NCBI GenBank assembly: GCA_002633005.1
Contig: NMRA01000088.1
Location: 492,186-556,185, forward strand
DNA from: Phoronis australis
Lineage: Eukaryota > Animalia > Phoronida
Direction: 5' to 3'
Length of the DNA: 64,000 nucleotides
Each line of letters begins with the position of its first letter. The stretch's first letter is position 1. Positions 26,285 to 37,804 of this stretch are shown here, in pieces. The translations under genes and the position numbers were made by a program. The notes below the pieces were generated by a model. The model saw nothing but the letters and a program-made list of their open reading frames with translations. It was not told where the DNA came from and did not search any database.

Positions 26285-27856
26285 AGGAGAATGTCACCCG
26301 ATTTAATTAGTCCTTTTTACCGTCTTAATTGGTCTATATCCCCATCGCCTCTTATACGGTCGACCTCACCTTGGTGAGAGGTTACGCGTTAACCTGTGAG
26401 GAAGGTGAGAAACTATGCAGCGACGTCAGTGGTTCATCTGCAGAGTGAATGCCGCTTTGTTGCGATGCATTGTTCCCGATTGTCCGAACTATGAAGCTGC
26501 GGGTATATCGTTCTTCCGACTGCCTCGAGAGCCCGAAATAATTAGGAAATGGCTCGGGGTAGTGAAGAATGAAAAATACGCTGTTAATAGCAAATATGAG
26601 GCCGTGAAACATCTCCGCGTCTGTGGCCGACATTTCGTCGACAGTGAATTCCCTGACGAATTCCGGCTTACCAAAGAACTATCCATACGTTGTGTTGCCT
26701 GTGCATGTTCACGGCGCCTTTCTAGTATTTCTTGATCAGTGTATTCCGGTTCGAAGTGATAGCCTTTGAAACCTTATGATCCGACCTGTGAAGTCTTCGT
26801 CGGATGAGCTTTCGACTAAGTCAGGAATGGCGCCGGGCGAGTGGCCATGTAGGCGTTTATTATTCTGTGTTCTGTTTCAAAATGAAAACTTCTCATCCTA
26901 ATCATTCTTATATAAAACTGAAACAAAGTCTGTCTCATTACATACAATTTGTAATGCCTTTGGAGTATTCGTGAGTGCAAATTTTTGAGAAGCCAGCATT
27001 ACCGGCTTTAGATGCAATAAAGGTAATTGACCGGGCACCGAGGCCGTGTAAGCGCATGGTAATTCAGTGTTTGCTGACAGAAAGCTCTTGCGAAACAATG
27101 ACTCGATTTTATATGCTAGTATCACATGTTAGGGGAATCTTTATTTAGTTATACAGATACATTATTCAAATCATTGTGACTGTACAGCCTTTGTCCTGCC
27201 AATTCACCTAAATAATTACGTGCACATTATTTCTTCAGCTCAGTATTATATCCTTTTCGTGACTGGAGGTTTAGTTTCCAGCGTAAGCTGGTTTACGTTC
27301 GTGATGTCCAGTCCCGGCGGCTGCGACGGGCCTGATCGGGTTCCGAGCCACTGGCGGGGAGTAACAAGCGTTTTGTGTGTTTAGAACTGAAAAAATGCAA
27401 GTATAAAAGTACAACAAACAGCTATGTTCCCCCGTCTGTATTTCATGGAAGAATGATTCGAATTTGTATTCAAACAGACCCAGACTCCCGCGATCGACCA
27501 TGGTAAATTGGCCTACCGAACTCTGTAGCTTCGGTACGTTCAAATACCTATAACTCCGTAACAGCGAAATAAAACAACACGTTTGTCCAAGAACTCGATG
27601 TATTTTTAAGGGGTTTACAACGAATTTTGACGATTTATTGGTGTAAAACGATGAATTCAAACGATAAGTTGACACCAGTAAGCGTTTTGTGAACGGCTGA
27701 ACAGACTGCGTTCGAACCTATTACGTCATTGGTTAATTGTAACACCTCCGTCTGCTGTTAGGTGTCAGGTAAAACAAGTGAACTTGCTGTTAACGAATGG
27801 AACTACTCGATCTATATTGATATAAAATAAGTTGTTTTTCTGGGTGGCATTCTCCT
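26285..27856 (+). mobile_element. Kolobok-type DNA transposon, internally deleted (1572 bp)
   Basis: TTAA|AGGAGAATGTCACCC ... GGGTGGCATTCTCCT|TTAA: 15-bp TIR with one mismatch and a perfect TTAA TSD. Contains a THAP domain. A related copy starts at 63250. Confidence 0.85.
26448..26735 (+). pseudogene. THAP zinc-finger domain remnant of the transposase
   Basis: RCIVPDCPN...SFFRLPREPEIIRKWL...RVCGRHF shows the C2CH THAP pattern with conserved P, W and F. ATG-CCG (MP) at 26448 is out of frame with the domain, and the AVPTIF box is absent. Confidence 0.85.
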
Positions 27857-27938
27857 TTAAGGCTAATGTCACGTGCCAACTGAAGGCTAAGGTCACGTGT
27901 CAACTTAAGGCTAATGTCACGTGTCAACTTAAGGCTAA
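27857..27938. repeat. 24-bp tandem array (about 3.4 copies) starting at the Kolobok right TSD
   Basis: Unit TTAAGGCTAATGTCACGTGTCAAC at 27857, 27881, 27905, with a partial copy at 27929. Confidence 0.95.
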
Positions 27939-29580
27939 AGTAGGGCTGGTGTTGTTGCTTCAAACATTTGTTGAGTTACTTTGGGTCCAACTTTTGTCTT
28001 TAGTTATTTCAATTTAGCACAACTTGAATTGTTTTGTGCAACAAATCCGAATCCCTACCCATCTGAACGTTTCCATTTGACCTCCAGCACATTGACTGCA
28101 ATAGAGTTGAGTCGTTAACAGAATTAAGGACAATTCGGAGATATCTTGATTGTTGGATTATTTGTCAGAGTTGGGAGGATTTAAATGCACACAAAGCCTT
28201 CAAATATGTCCAACTAGGTACTTACATGTATTACGGCGTGACGTTGATGGTTTAGCCAACGTGAATTTACAGACAATATTCCGGGGTACAGGATGTGTCA
28301 CGGCCTGTAGGTAAAATGTTGTGATGAACGTGAACTCCTCACGAATGACGTGTATGATTAACACACGGATAGGGCACAAAGAACCAAGCATTCTTGTTCA
28401 TGTGTTTTATACGGACGCCTAAAGAAAATATAATCTGCTAATTGGTCAGAGGAAGACCGCTGGGAGACCGAAGTCGCAAGGTGGTCAGAAAGCGGCTTAA
28501 GAAGGGGTCGGGACAATACAGTGACCGCAATCATAGATACTTTGGCTGAAACGCAACATCTAATGTTTGAGACCTTGTAGCCTAAAAAAAATGGCGAGAG
28601 GTTTCATCCTTGGTGATAGTAACTCTCCAAGGTCTACGAGAACCACGCGTGATAGGGGCTAAGATTCGCGCAACCTGTCTACCACGGTGGCGGCCTTCAA
28701 AGTTGTATTATAATCATCTACTCCCAATAACGGTGCAAAATAGAATAATTTCGTCAAGAAATCATCTTTGAAGTAACTTAAGGTCTGTCTGTGGAAGGTC
28801 GATGCTATCTGTGGAGTGCTACATGTATCAGATTTTTTCCTCTTTAACAAAAAACTGAAACGAGCAGATTTAAAATGAAAAAATAACTACACATGCACTA
28901 CAATAAAATCCCAATCCCAGTTATTAGATTACTGTGCTATTCTACAAAAACACTTTTCGTGCAGAAAATAAACCAAGTACAGGCTCAAAATATATGAACA
29001 ATAGGTCCTACTATTTAAAGTTACAAAAGCCGTCTTCCGTGGCAAAAACTAATTTACGTTTCATATATACGATTTAGAGTTATGAAATTGGTCTCAAATG
29101 GTTTCTTAGTCAAATCATGAAGTACATGGACCGCCAACTCCGTATACTTTCAATGGACGAAATCTGTGCTCTTACAGAGGCAATTACGTCATATTCACTA
29201 GCGAAACCTGGCCAAATTATCTGGTGTTATTTCCGGCAAGTACTTCTTCTGCTAATCATGGTCCGCTGTTGCGTCGTCACAATACACTAGCCGGATACTG
29301 CATCAGATAATATAGGAGAGTGGCGCCTCCTCTAGGATATTAGTAAGAAAATGTCGGAGTTGCGAATCTGTTGTCCATAATCGATGGTGAAATTAAATGT
29401 GATTATTGGGCTTGCAAAGAACTGGAAGTATTTAACAGCAGTCGTTACGGCACTTAGGCAATGCACCGAGCAACGACGAAGTGTCAGCTTTCCATCTGGG
29501 TTACAAACAAGTTGACATCAGTTTTATAGGTCTGTAAGTGGCGTAAAGGAAAAGTTAGTTCTGCAGGCGGAATGCGGGCG

Positions 29581-29728
29581 CACGCTCAGTAACGCTAGGA
29601 CCTACGCTAGGACCTAGCTAAAATCTAGCCAATGTCACGTGTTCTCATTTAAAATACACCGAAAAATCTCACGTTATCCCGCGAAGTCTTGCTTTTTAGC
29701 GAGGTTCCAGCGTTACTGAACGGGAGGC
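29581..29728 (-). mobile_element. Short TIR element; a second copy lies at 46817-46966
   Basis: Ends TCAGTAACGCTAGG / CCAGCGTTACTGAACGGGAGGC. The body is the reverse complement of 46817-46945. Confidence 0.7.
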
Positions 29729-30353
29729 GGGATTATGGTCACATTAAATTTATTGTTGATATTGCACGATGTTACGTTCTAAGATCATGGAAGTGAAGCG
29801 TTCGGTTTCATTAGGAATGTTACTTACTTTTCTAGTATAGCAGGCGATCTCGCTTAACTCGACGACTTATCTGAGTAACTACTTATTTGGAGGTCGTTGT
29901 TTTGACGGCTTAAGTGCGATATATATGCACTGGCATAGCGATGACTGCTGAGTATATCAATTTCTACATCATCGATTTCTGACGACAAGTTTAGATTGAA
30001 TATTCATGAATTTTATTGGTGGTGAAGTCTTACTTTGATGGACAGTTCTTTAGAACGTTTCTTGTTACATCTATCGCTACTTTACATGAAATCAAGATGT
30101 CCCGATCACACTTATCGCGAATATTCGTCATAGTATATACACTGTAATATACAATAAATATAATAATATAATATAATAAGATATTATACCACAATATTAG
30201 CCTCAAATGGCAAATACAACCGTGTAATAACCCATAAAGTTATCTCACTAGTGAGATAAGGCTTTGGCGGAAAACCGAGGACGGGGTCGAACCCGGGACC
30301 CTAATATTGCTGCAACTGACGTCATCAACAGTGGAAATAGAATACTTAAATGA

Positions 30354-30882
30354 GCACGCGCAATAATCCCATGTTCAACAAACCGCATTGTACTGTACTT
30401 ATACGCTACGAAAAATAAGACACATAATTTCCATAAAAATGATATCTTAATTTCGGTGAAATTTTTTTCTCATGTCCTCTTACTTGTAAATCACTGATCT
30501 CTAGTTTGAATGCAGGTATCGTGTCGTCAGGATCTTTGACTTGGTAACCTACTTTAGCAGACGATAATTTCCCGGTCGAAGCTTAGCGTGAAAAAAAAAC
30601 GTGTTTTAAGCTATAATAGTTGGTGAACCTTAATTTATAAATTCAATTTATTTCTATAATATTCAAATTTTCAATTGGTTTTGAGTAAAAGCATTGTTTG
30701 ACAAAAATAGCTGGGCTTTTCTTAAAAGGTCATGACCTCCGACCCCGGGCCTCTGACATAGAAAGTAGTTACAAAGCCGTGGAGAGTCAGAAAAGGTAAA
30801 TCGATTCATTGCAATATTTCTCGTTTAGTATGTGCTAACGCCCCTCGGGCGATAATTCTCCAAATCCACTCGGATTCTAGAT
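30354..30882 (-). repeat. Interspersed repeat, left arm of the inverted pair flanking the 31086-31352 exon
   Basis: Collinear reverse-complement match to 32549-33141, e.g. tcttacttgtaaatca/tgatttacaagtaaga, ctctgacatagaaagtagtta/taactactttctatgtcagag and taacgcccctcggg.gataattctcc. Confidence 0.9.
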
Positions 30883-31085
30883 AACGGGGGATAACGACTT
30901 CGCCATGTAATAATCTATATATATTTTATGTTATAAAATCATTGAACATGGTCTAAAAACTCAAAAAGTGCAACCAGGGCGTTGTCATCCAAAACCAATC
31001 AGATGCCTCAGGCGGCGGAACAGGCGAAGTCAATCAATTGTACAGACTGACATTAAGATATATTCTTTTACTTTGGTTGTTTCAG

Positions 31086-31352
31086 TGCTGTCAAGTAATT
31101 GCACCGACCCAGGAGACGGTCTGGACCCTATTTGCTGCGAGAAAGTTTACCCCTGGATAAACAATGACGTAAACAGATACACGATTACGACGGGATACGG
31201 ATGTAAGATATTTTTCCACGAGGCCGTGGGAAATCGAAATATAGCACCACTCTTTAAAGCCTGCCCCGTGGGTCAAATCTTCTCTACGAAAAACTGTTGG
31301 TGCGACTGGAAAGCAAATGTGCGGAATTGTCGAGACCCATCCCCTCCATCAA
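31086..31352 (+). CDS. Secreted tandem 8-Cys domain protein, domain-1 exon (phase 1-1, 267 bp)
   Basis: gtttcag acceptor; A|gtaagt donor. Encodes (V)LSSNCTDPGDGLDPICCEKVYPWINNDVNRYTITTGYGCKIFFHEAVGNRNIAPLFKACPVGQIFSTKNCWCDWKANVRNCRDPSPPS. The CPxGxxF...CDW...V..C tail resembles ChtBD2. Confidence 0.9.
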
Positions 31353-31580
31353 GTAAGTATAATCAAAGCTTGGTGAACGGAGGATGAAGAAACACCGTCA
31401 GTAGTTTGTTTTTGCCGTCAGCAACATGTGTTTGAAAAATTCCAAAACCACAAACTCACGAAGTGTTTCGCACACGTGGGTGTAGCTAAGCGTACTGTAA
31501 CAAACTAATCCGTTTTCTGTCGGATGTGCTCTTCATAGATAAGAGCTCCGAATGTGGGTAAGCGAACAGAGCCTACAAGT

Positions 31581-31755
31581 TAGACCTATCGCCAGGATAT
31601 TGAGTGACGGCGTAGCTGACCAATCAGAACACAGCATTCTTGGCACTCTTTCGTTTCTAAGCCCCCATTTTACTAGATAAACAACACGTGGTCAGGTAAA
31701 ACTCATTGTTTGTTTGACGACTTTACGCAAGGGGGCGGAGCTTGCGATAGGTCAA
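31581..31755. mobile_element. MITE with GACCTATCGC TIRs; an inverted partial copy lies at about 34882-35010
   Basis: TAGACCTATCGCCAG ... CTTGCGATAGGTCAA. The body (ctgaccaatcagaac.cagcattc) recurs reverse-complemented near 34950. Confidence 0.7.
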
Positions 31756-32548
31756 TTGATCCCTAGAGGGCAGTGTTGGTAATCCTCGAAGGTAATTTTG
31801 CAACGGATATATGGTTATCGAAAAGAGCTGGCGACGTTTGAGTGAAAATATACTAAAAACTTCGCCGTTTTTGATGTTTCTCTATCCTTTACTATTACAC
31901 TTAAGTTTTAAATTCAATCGTACTACAAAGCAATTTACGTGGCCACATGTAAAAAAATCTTCCATTCACAGTCACATTTTTTATGATCATAGTCACAACT
32001 GTTTTCACCAGGTGTCCTGTAATTTACATATTGATGAAAACAAACTGAAAGGGAGACAGTTTTGCAGTGGTTATTAAATATGTATTGTAGATTTGCGGTG
32101 AAATTGGTCTTATTGGTATCAATATACGAGACCAGTGAATAAATGTTTAAACTACAGTGGCGTCTTTACTCCGAACCACTAATTCGTTATTTACAGATGA
32201 CTGTTTCCATCTACAATGTATTCAATTAATCAAACAGGAAATAAGTTGAGCCGTTCCGTTACAGGACCGTCGCCTGTCTGCCTACGGCATCATGCCTAGG
32301 GCATCAACATGCGATGTATTGCCTACCAGTTTGCGTACTGGCGTATTTTACACGTGTGCTGGTGAAGCAGTTTCATTAAATTTACACTATTGAAAAATGT
32401 CAAGTTTCAAAATTCACTAAATTTCTATTTGACTACCAAATTTCTGTCACTTTCCAGCGATTCGCGAAAAGCAATGCATGGGAATTTAAATCTTGTGTGA
32501 TCATTTTCAGCAAAATACGACAATGAATTCGTCAAGTTTGAATTCATA

Positions 32549-33141
32549 ATCTAGAGCCCGAGTGGATTTTGGAGAATTATCACCCGAGGGGCGTTAACCC
32601 TGAGTGCAATAATTCTCCGAAATCCACGAGGAGGATAACAACTGAGAACATGTAATAACCTATTTATACCAGAGAAATAGTGCAAAGAATCGATCTATCT
32701 TTCCCGACTCGCCTCGGCTTTTGTAGGCCTAACTACTTTCTATGTCAGAGACCTGAGGTCGGAGGTCGTGACCTTTGAAGAAACGCCGAGTTGTTTTTTG
32801 TTGAAATAATGCTTTTACTTCAAACCAAATCAAAATTGAAACAAAATAGAACTAAACATGAATCTGTAAAATATTTTTTATTTTAAGCAACTACTCTATC
32901 ATACTTCGCATCTTATCATGCTAAGCTTCTACCGTGAAAATATGGTCTGCTAAAGCAGGTTACCACTGGTTACTGAGTTTAATGTCCAAATCAAAGCATC
33001 CATTACTTGCATTCAAACTGGAGATCGATGATTTACAAGTAAGAGAAAATGACAGATGAATTTTACTGAATTAAAGATGTCGTTTTTATTGAAATTTTGC
33101 AGTACAATGGCATTTGTTCAGCATGCGATTGTTGCGCGTGC
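32549..33141 (+). repeat. Interspersed repeat with internal hairpin, right arm of the inverted pair
   Basis: Reverse complement of 30354-30882. Internal palindrome gtggattttggagaattat...ataattctccgaaatccac. Confidence 0.9.
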
Positions 33142-36100
33142 GTAATGGTCCAACCTTTTCTAATATCGCATGCATACCGCACATAACCTTTCCCAGCAAC
33201 GTCGAATGTAGATTAGTATATGTACCATGGCAAGACTAGACGGATTAGACCTCTTCTGGCTCATGACTGGTCACAGAAGTGACGTCGAGTCACAGCCTGG
33301 CACTTCCACCAATGACAGAGAATTTTACCCTCGTGACATTAAACCTCGTTTACTTTTAATTGACGTATCGCAAGCTCCCCCCCTTGCTAAACGTCACGTG
33401 ACACCCGACAAACAAACAGAGGCAAATACACTGTCGCTAAACGACGTTCCTGGGGAAATCGATGAGTGTTTTTTGTTCTAACCGAAAGCACATCTACAAA
33501 GACCTTAGGCGATGCTTTTAAGCAGAGAATCCTACGTTCATAATGTGGGAATTTGCAAAGGTGACGATGAAAAAATAAGTGTTCGAGGAATAGTATTTCG
33601 AAGCCAGCGGCAATCCGAAGAACCCCACACGAGGTTCACCTTCACCTGAAAAATGACAAGGCCACTGATGCGATATGTTCAGGTATACTTGGATATGTAC
33701 CTTAAAGCCAAATTATCCGGACGATGCCATAGATTTAAGGATCTTTCGAACAAAATCAATGAAGATTCACCGATATATTTATTCTGTCAAATGTAAAGTA
33801 GGCCATAACTGCCCGTGGGACTTCCCGAGTAAAGTAGTCGATAGCACTGTTTACGAACGAAATATTTCGATTAAAAAACATTTGGTTGGTTTACAGTTCA
33901 AGTACACACTCATCTTGTCCAAGACAAGCAGTTAGCTCCGGCATGTCCAGGGCTGTGTCCAAGTCAAATTAATGCACGTAATTGCACCATTAAGACATTT
34001 AAATTTGGCTTACCTTCTGACGAACTTCGCATTTTTTGTAGTTTCAATGCATAAAGGTACATGTAGCTTGCAGTTGTTTTTAAACGTAGCATGATCATTA
34101 AACTGTGGTATGGTTACATGACAAGTCTGGTATAGTGGCAAAAATGGCTATTTACAAAAATAACCCAATTTGATTTTTTAAAGCTTCATAAATCTAAATA
34201 TCACGTTTTAACAACTTCAAAATGAGTCCTCTGTATCTCTACAGGCGAAGTGTATACTAGGGGTTCTCATCAAAAAGTAATTCAACTGTTTATTTTTTCG
34301 TGACAACAGCTCAAACAGGGCTTTGAGTTCAGTAATCCAGTGCCCCTCCCTGTGCCGATCGAATCTCTCAATTTTGGCAAAAAGTTCAGTTGAACGCCAG
34401 CTTACGGGTATGTTAATGACAAAAAATTTTCCTCTGCTACGAAACAGGTCGAAATGACTGAAAAATAGTAAAAACATAAAGACAATTTCCAGGGACCGTC
34501 GCTAGATTATAGACATAGTGCTGAGATCAAGCAGGTGTCGAGACAAAAGCTGCCAGACGAGAGAAACACCGGTGTTAAAATCAGATAAGCCTACACTATA
34601 GTCACCAAACTGAACGAGTGTGTATATTGGAGCAAATATATTTGTGTTTAACCTTCTAGTAATCAAACAACATTGCCAAGTTCAGCTGCTCGTGTGCGTG
34701 GACGTTCACACAGTTTGATCCATAGTTTAAACCTTTCAACATCACTTTTCTGCTTAAGAGATGGCCAAAAATGGCGGGATATTCTTCTCGAGCTGCATGA
34801 CGGCTTTCGGAATTACACACGCCATATCAACAGTGTATCACCATTCTTATCACGCAGTTTCTTGAGCTATAGACTAAAATAAGTTTTACATGACAACGTA
34901 TTGTTTGTCGGGTAAAATGGCGACTTGGAAACGAAGACGAAGGGGTGTCACGAATGCTGCGTTCTGATTGGTCAGTTAAGCTGTCAGTCGTAATCCTGGC
35001 GATAGGTCAATTCCACATTTGAGCTTGCTGGGTGACGGCAACGCATATACATGTATAATCTCACTGTGCGCGTAAACTGTGCTGGCGGAAGTGTTCTTTC
35101 GTAATAAATGCGCCACCTGGTTATTGCGTACAGTTATGCTTGGCGAAGAAATAGAGTCCTTTCACATTGGCTACACTCAATTGACTTCGCCAGCTGGGAC
35201 ATTTGATTGCTTTGTAAGTAGTAAGTGGTCATCGAGAACCAATTAGATGTCGGGCGAAACTGGCGAAGTCAAAGTACAACCAGCATGGGGCTAAATCCCG
35301 CGAAAAACGCGCGAGATTGCAAGAAATGGAAATCAATAGACATCGCATCAGTGGAATAAGTGATAACCTCTCTTGTTAACATGTCTCAACCCTGAGCTTA
35401 CTTTTCGTATGAGAAAAAGACAGTGACATCTCGGGAATATATACTCAGGATTGTAGTCACCCGGTGAGGAAGAAAGCAAAGCCCTCCCTGTACTCGCCAG
35501 CTGCACAGTGCATCCCTTCTCACTGTGTCCGCCGCCACGGAGGCACCGACACCGCTATCAACCTTGGTTTCAGCATAGAACAAGAGCACACTGAGTTGGT
35601 TACTTAACATTTCTGAACTTGGTCTGTTTTTAATCGTGGATGCTTAGGTCAACATTTTGTCAAACGTTCTAGTTACACCCGGATTGACCACCCCTTGAAG
35701 ACAGCCTTATTTGGGTGCACGTCGTCATTACAAAGACAATCATTGGAGCTTTTTCCAAAAATGTGTCCACTCTTTTTTGAAGACACAATAAGCCGCAATA
35801 GGCAGGTTTTGTCTGGAATTGGGTCCCTACAGTGGACAAACACGACAACAGCAAAGCAAGAGTAGTCGAGGAGGGGGGTGGAATTCCCTGGACACTTCTC
35901 TGATTTGGGTACGCGTGTTGTATTTGAGCACTGACTTTTCAGAGTATGATCGAACACTTCAAGCCCCTGCCCTTGAAAAATTGCTCCATGTGCCCTTGAA
36001 ATGGCAAATAGTTATTTTCGAGAATAGATGAATTTCCCAACTAGTCCCTTGGAGGTTTTACAAGGCTTGATAAAATCTCTGTTCCGACTACGCTAATTGT

Positions 36101-36357
36101 TAACAGGACACGCGAAACAAAAAGATGGGACGCAACTGGTACACGAGCGTCAACCCGTGACCTCAGGTGACACACAAATGTCCGCTTACGGGTTTCACGT
36201 GTTGCTGAAACTATCTGTTATCTGATATAAACTTGTCCATGTATAAGCCTACCAGGTTTTGCAGCGCTCCCGAATTTCAAGTCCATGGGTTTTATGGCCA
36301 GACATGCAACAAGATGGCAAATTGTCCCGCTTTTCTGCTAAGTTTGGAAACTGCAAG

Positions 36358-36620
36358 CAGGGGCGGATCCAGGGCACAGGAATGACCAAAATTCTGCCAC
36401 ATGCGTGCGCCCAGCCTAAAGTGTAGGGACGCAGGGTCTCGAAATTTTGGGTTTGCGGACCTTATTACTAAAAAAGGGTAAACGGGTTTGTTCAAGGCCT
36501 ATGCATTGTGAATTCGCCCCCCGAGCTCCCTTGGGTGCGCGCATGTGCTAGTCAGAGCACCCAAAACTACCAAATGGTGTAAGGGAAAATTGTATTGGGG
36601 GGGGGGGGGGNCCGCCAGTG
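36358..36620 (+). mobile_element. MITE family A copy with a nested family B-type MITE (36400-36545)
   Basis: Outer element: GCAAG|CAGGGGCGGATCCAG...CCGCCAGTG|GCAAG. Inner element: TGCCA|CATGCGTGCGCCC...GGGTGCGCGCATG|TGCTA. Confidence 0.8.
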
Positions 36621-37299
36621 GCAAGCAATCTCATTGAGCATACCCGGTTACTCCTGGGTCATACAGCATTGTTTGCTTTCACTAGTAACAGTAGCCAACT
36701 CCCTTGTGTTGAGCTCACCAGGATTGAGTTGCGTAGACACAAGAAACACGCTGGTAGGCATAAAACAAGTGACCACCCGCTTCTCTTTTGCTATATCTCG
36801 TGAAGACTTGCGCGATCTTCCATCCGTTTTCGCTAGTTTCTTGCGTCTAAGAAACGGACGCCAGGCTCTTCTTAGGTCAGGTGTAGTTTTGATCTGGGGG
36901 TGAGACACAAGACACTCGCGAATGTGCAAGGCCAAGAAAGACTACGCGAGTGAAAGCTAAGTGTCTAGCGAGAACGTTCAAGGCCTTACTTGGGTGCACT
37001 AACAAAACAGCGGCCACTGAAATGATTGATCGGTGAAGATGGATTGATGAATTATGGGAAACTCCGACAGAATTACTAATTTTTTTCTGTTCCATAAGCT
37101 AAGATTTCTCACTGAAAGTGTCGCGTCAAAGTCTCGCGTTTACGGAACGTGCCCCAGTAATGTTTGGTTGTGCTAGAAACACACTCTAATTATGACACGC
37201 CACATACTTAGGTTTGTTTCTGCAATGACAAGAACAGGAAATACATAACCAACAGAGGGCGCACAACATAAAAATCGTCTGATTTCTCACGTTTTTCAG

Positions 37300-37577
37300 A
37301 CTTGCAACAGTCGCAGCCCCCACCGCTGACACCGGCGTGTCAGCTCCCACCTGGTGACACGAAGGGACCGAAGTGTTGCGAGAGACTCTATCCTGCCCTC
37401 AACAGATATACACCAGTCAACGGAACCAACTGCCGATATTACTTGCACGAGACTCCGTATCTTTCGCATATTCCTTCGAAAGTAAACCCGTGTCCTGCAG
37501 GTCAGATATTCAATGCCGAACAAAGCAAGTGCTGGTGCGACCTACCTGAAAATGTTCCCAAATGTCGAAATCCGTGA
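37300..37577 (+). CDS. Secreted tandem 8-Cys domain protein, terminal domain-2 exon
   Basis: tttttcag acceptor, phase 1. Encodes (N)LQQSQPPPLTPACQLPPGDTKGPKCCERLYPALNRYTPVNGTNCRYYLHETPYLSHIPSKVNPCPAGQIFNAEQSKCWCDLPENVPKCRNP*, clearly paralogous to domain 1. Total CDS 46+267+278 = 591 nt. Confidence 0.9.
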
Positions 37578-37798
37578 AATATTTGGGCGCTGTCTGGACG
37601 ATATCGGAAAACACGTTTTGTTTGTCCTTGTAAAGGAGTAGGGAAGTACAGCCTTTCTTTGATTTTACCAGTGTACTAAAAGATCAAAAGACATTATCAC
37701 TTTTCGTAGGCACTAAACGTGGCGACTATGTGTTTAGACAGGTATTTAAAGATGGTGGCTATTTCGTTGGTGCACCACCATCAATTCAAATAATCTGT

Positions 37799-37804
37799 AA
37801 TAAA
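37799..37804 (+). terminator. Polyadenylation signal of the secreted-protein gene
   Basis: AATAAA about 220 nt after the stop codon, followed by T/GT-rich sequence. Confidence 0.55.

Noticed and set aside
30968-31085. N-terminal part of the 139-aa ORF as coding sequence
   Set aside because: It is intronic: the true acceptor ends at 31085 and the signal peptide comes from 24630-24675.
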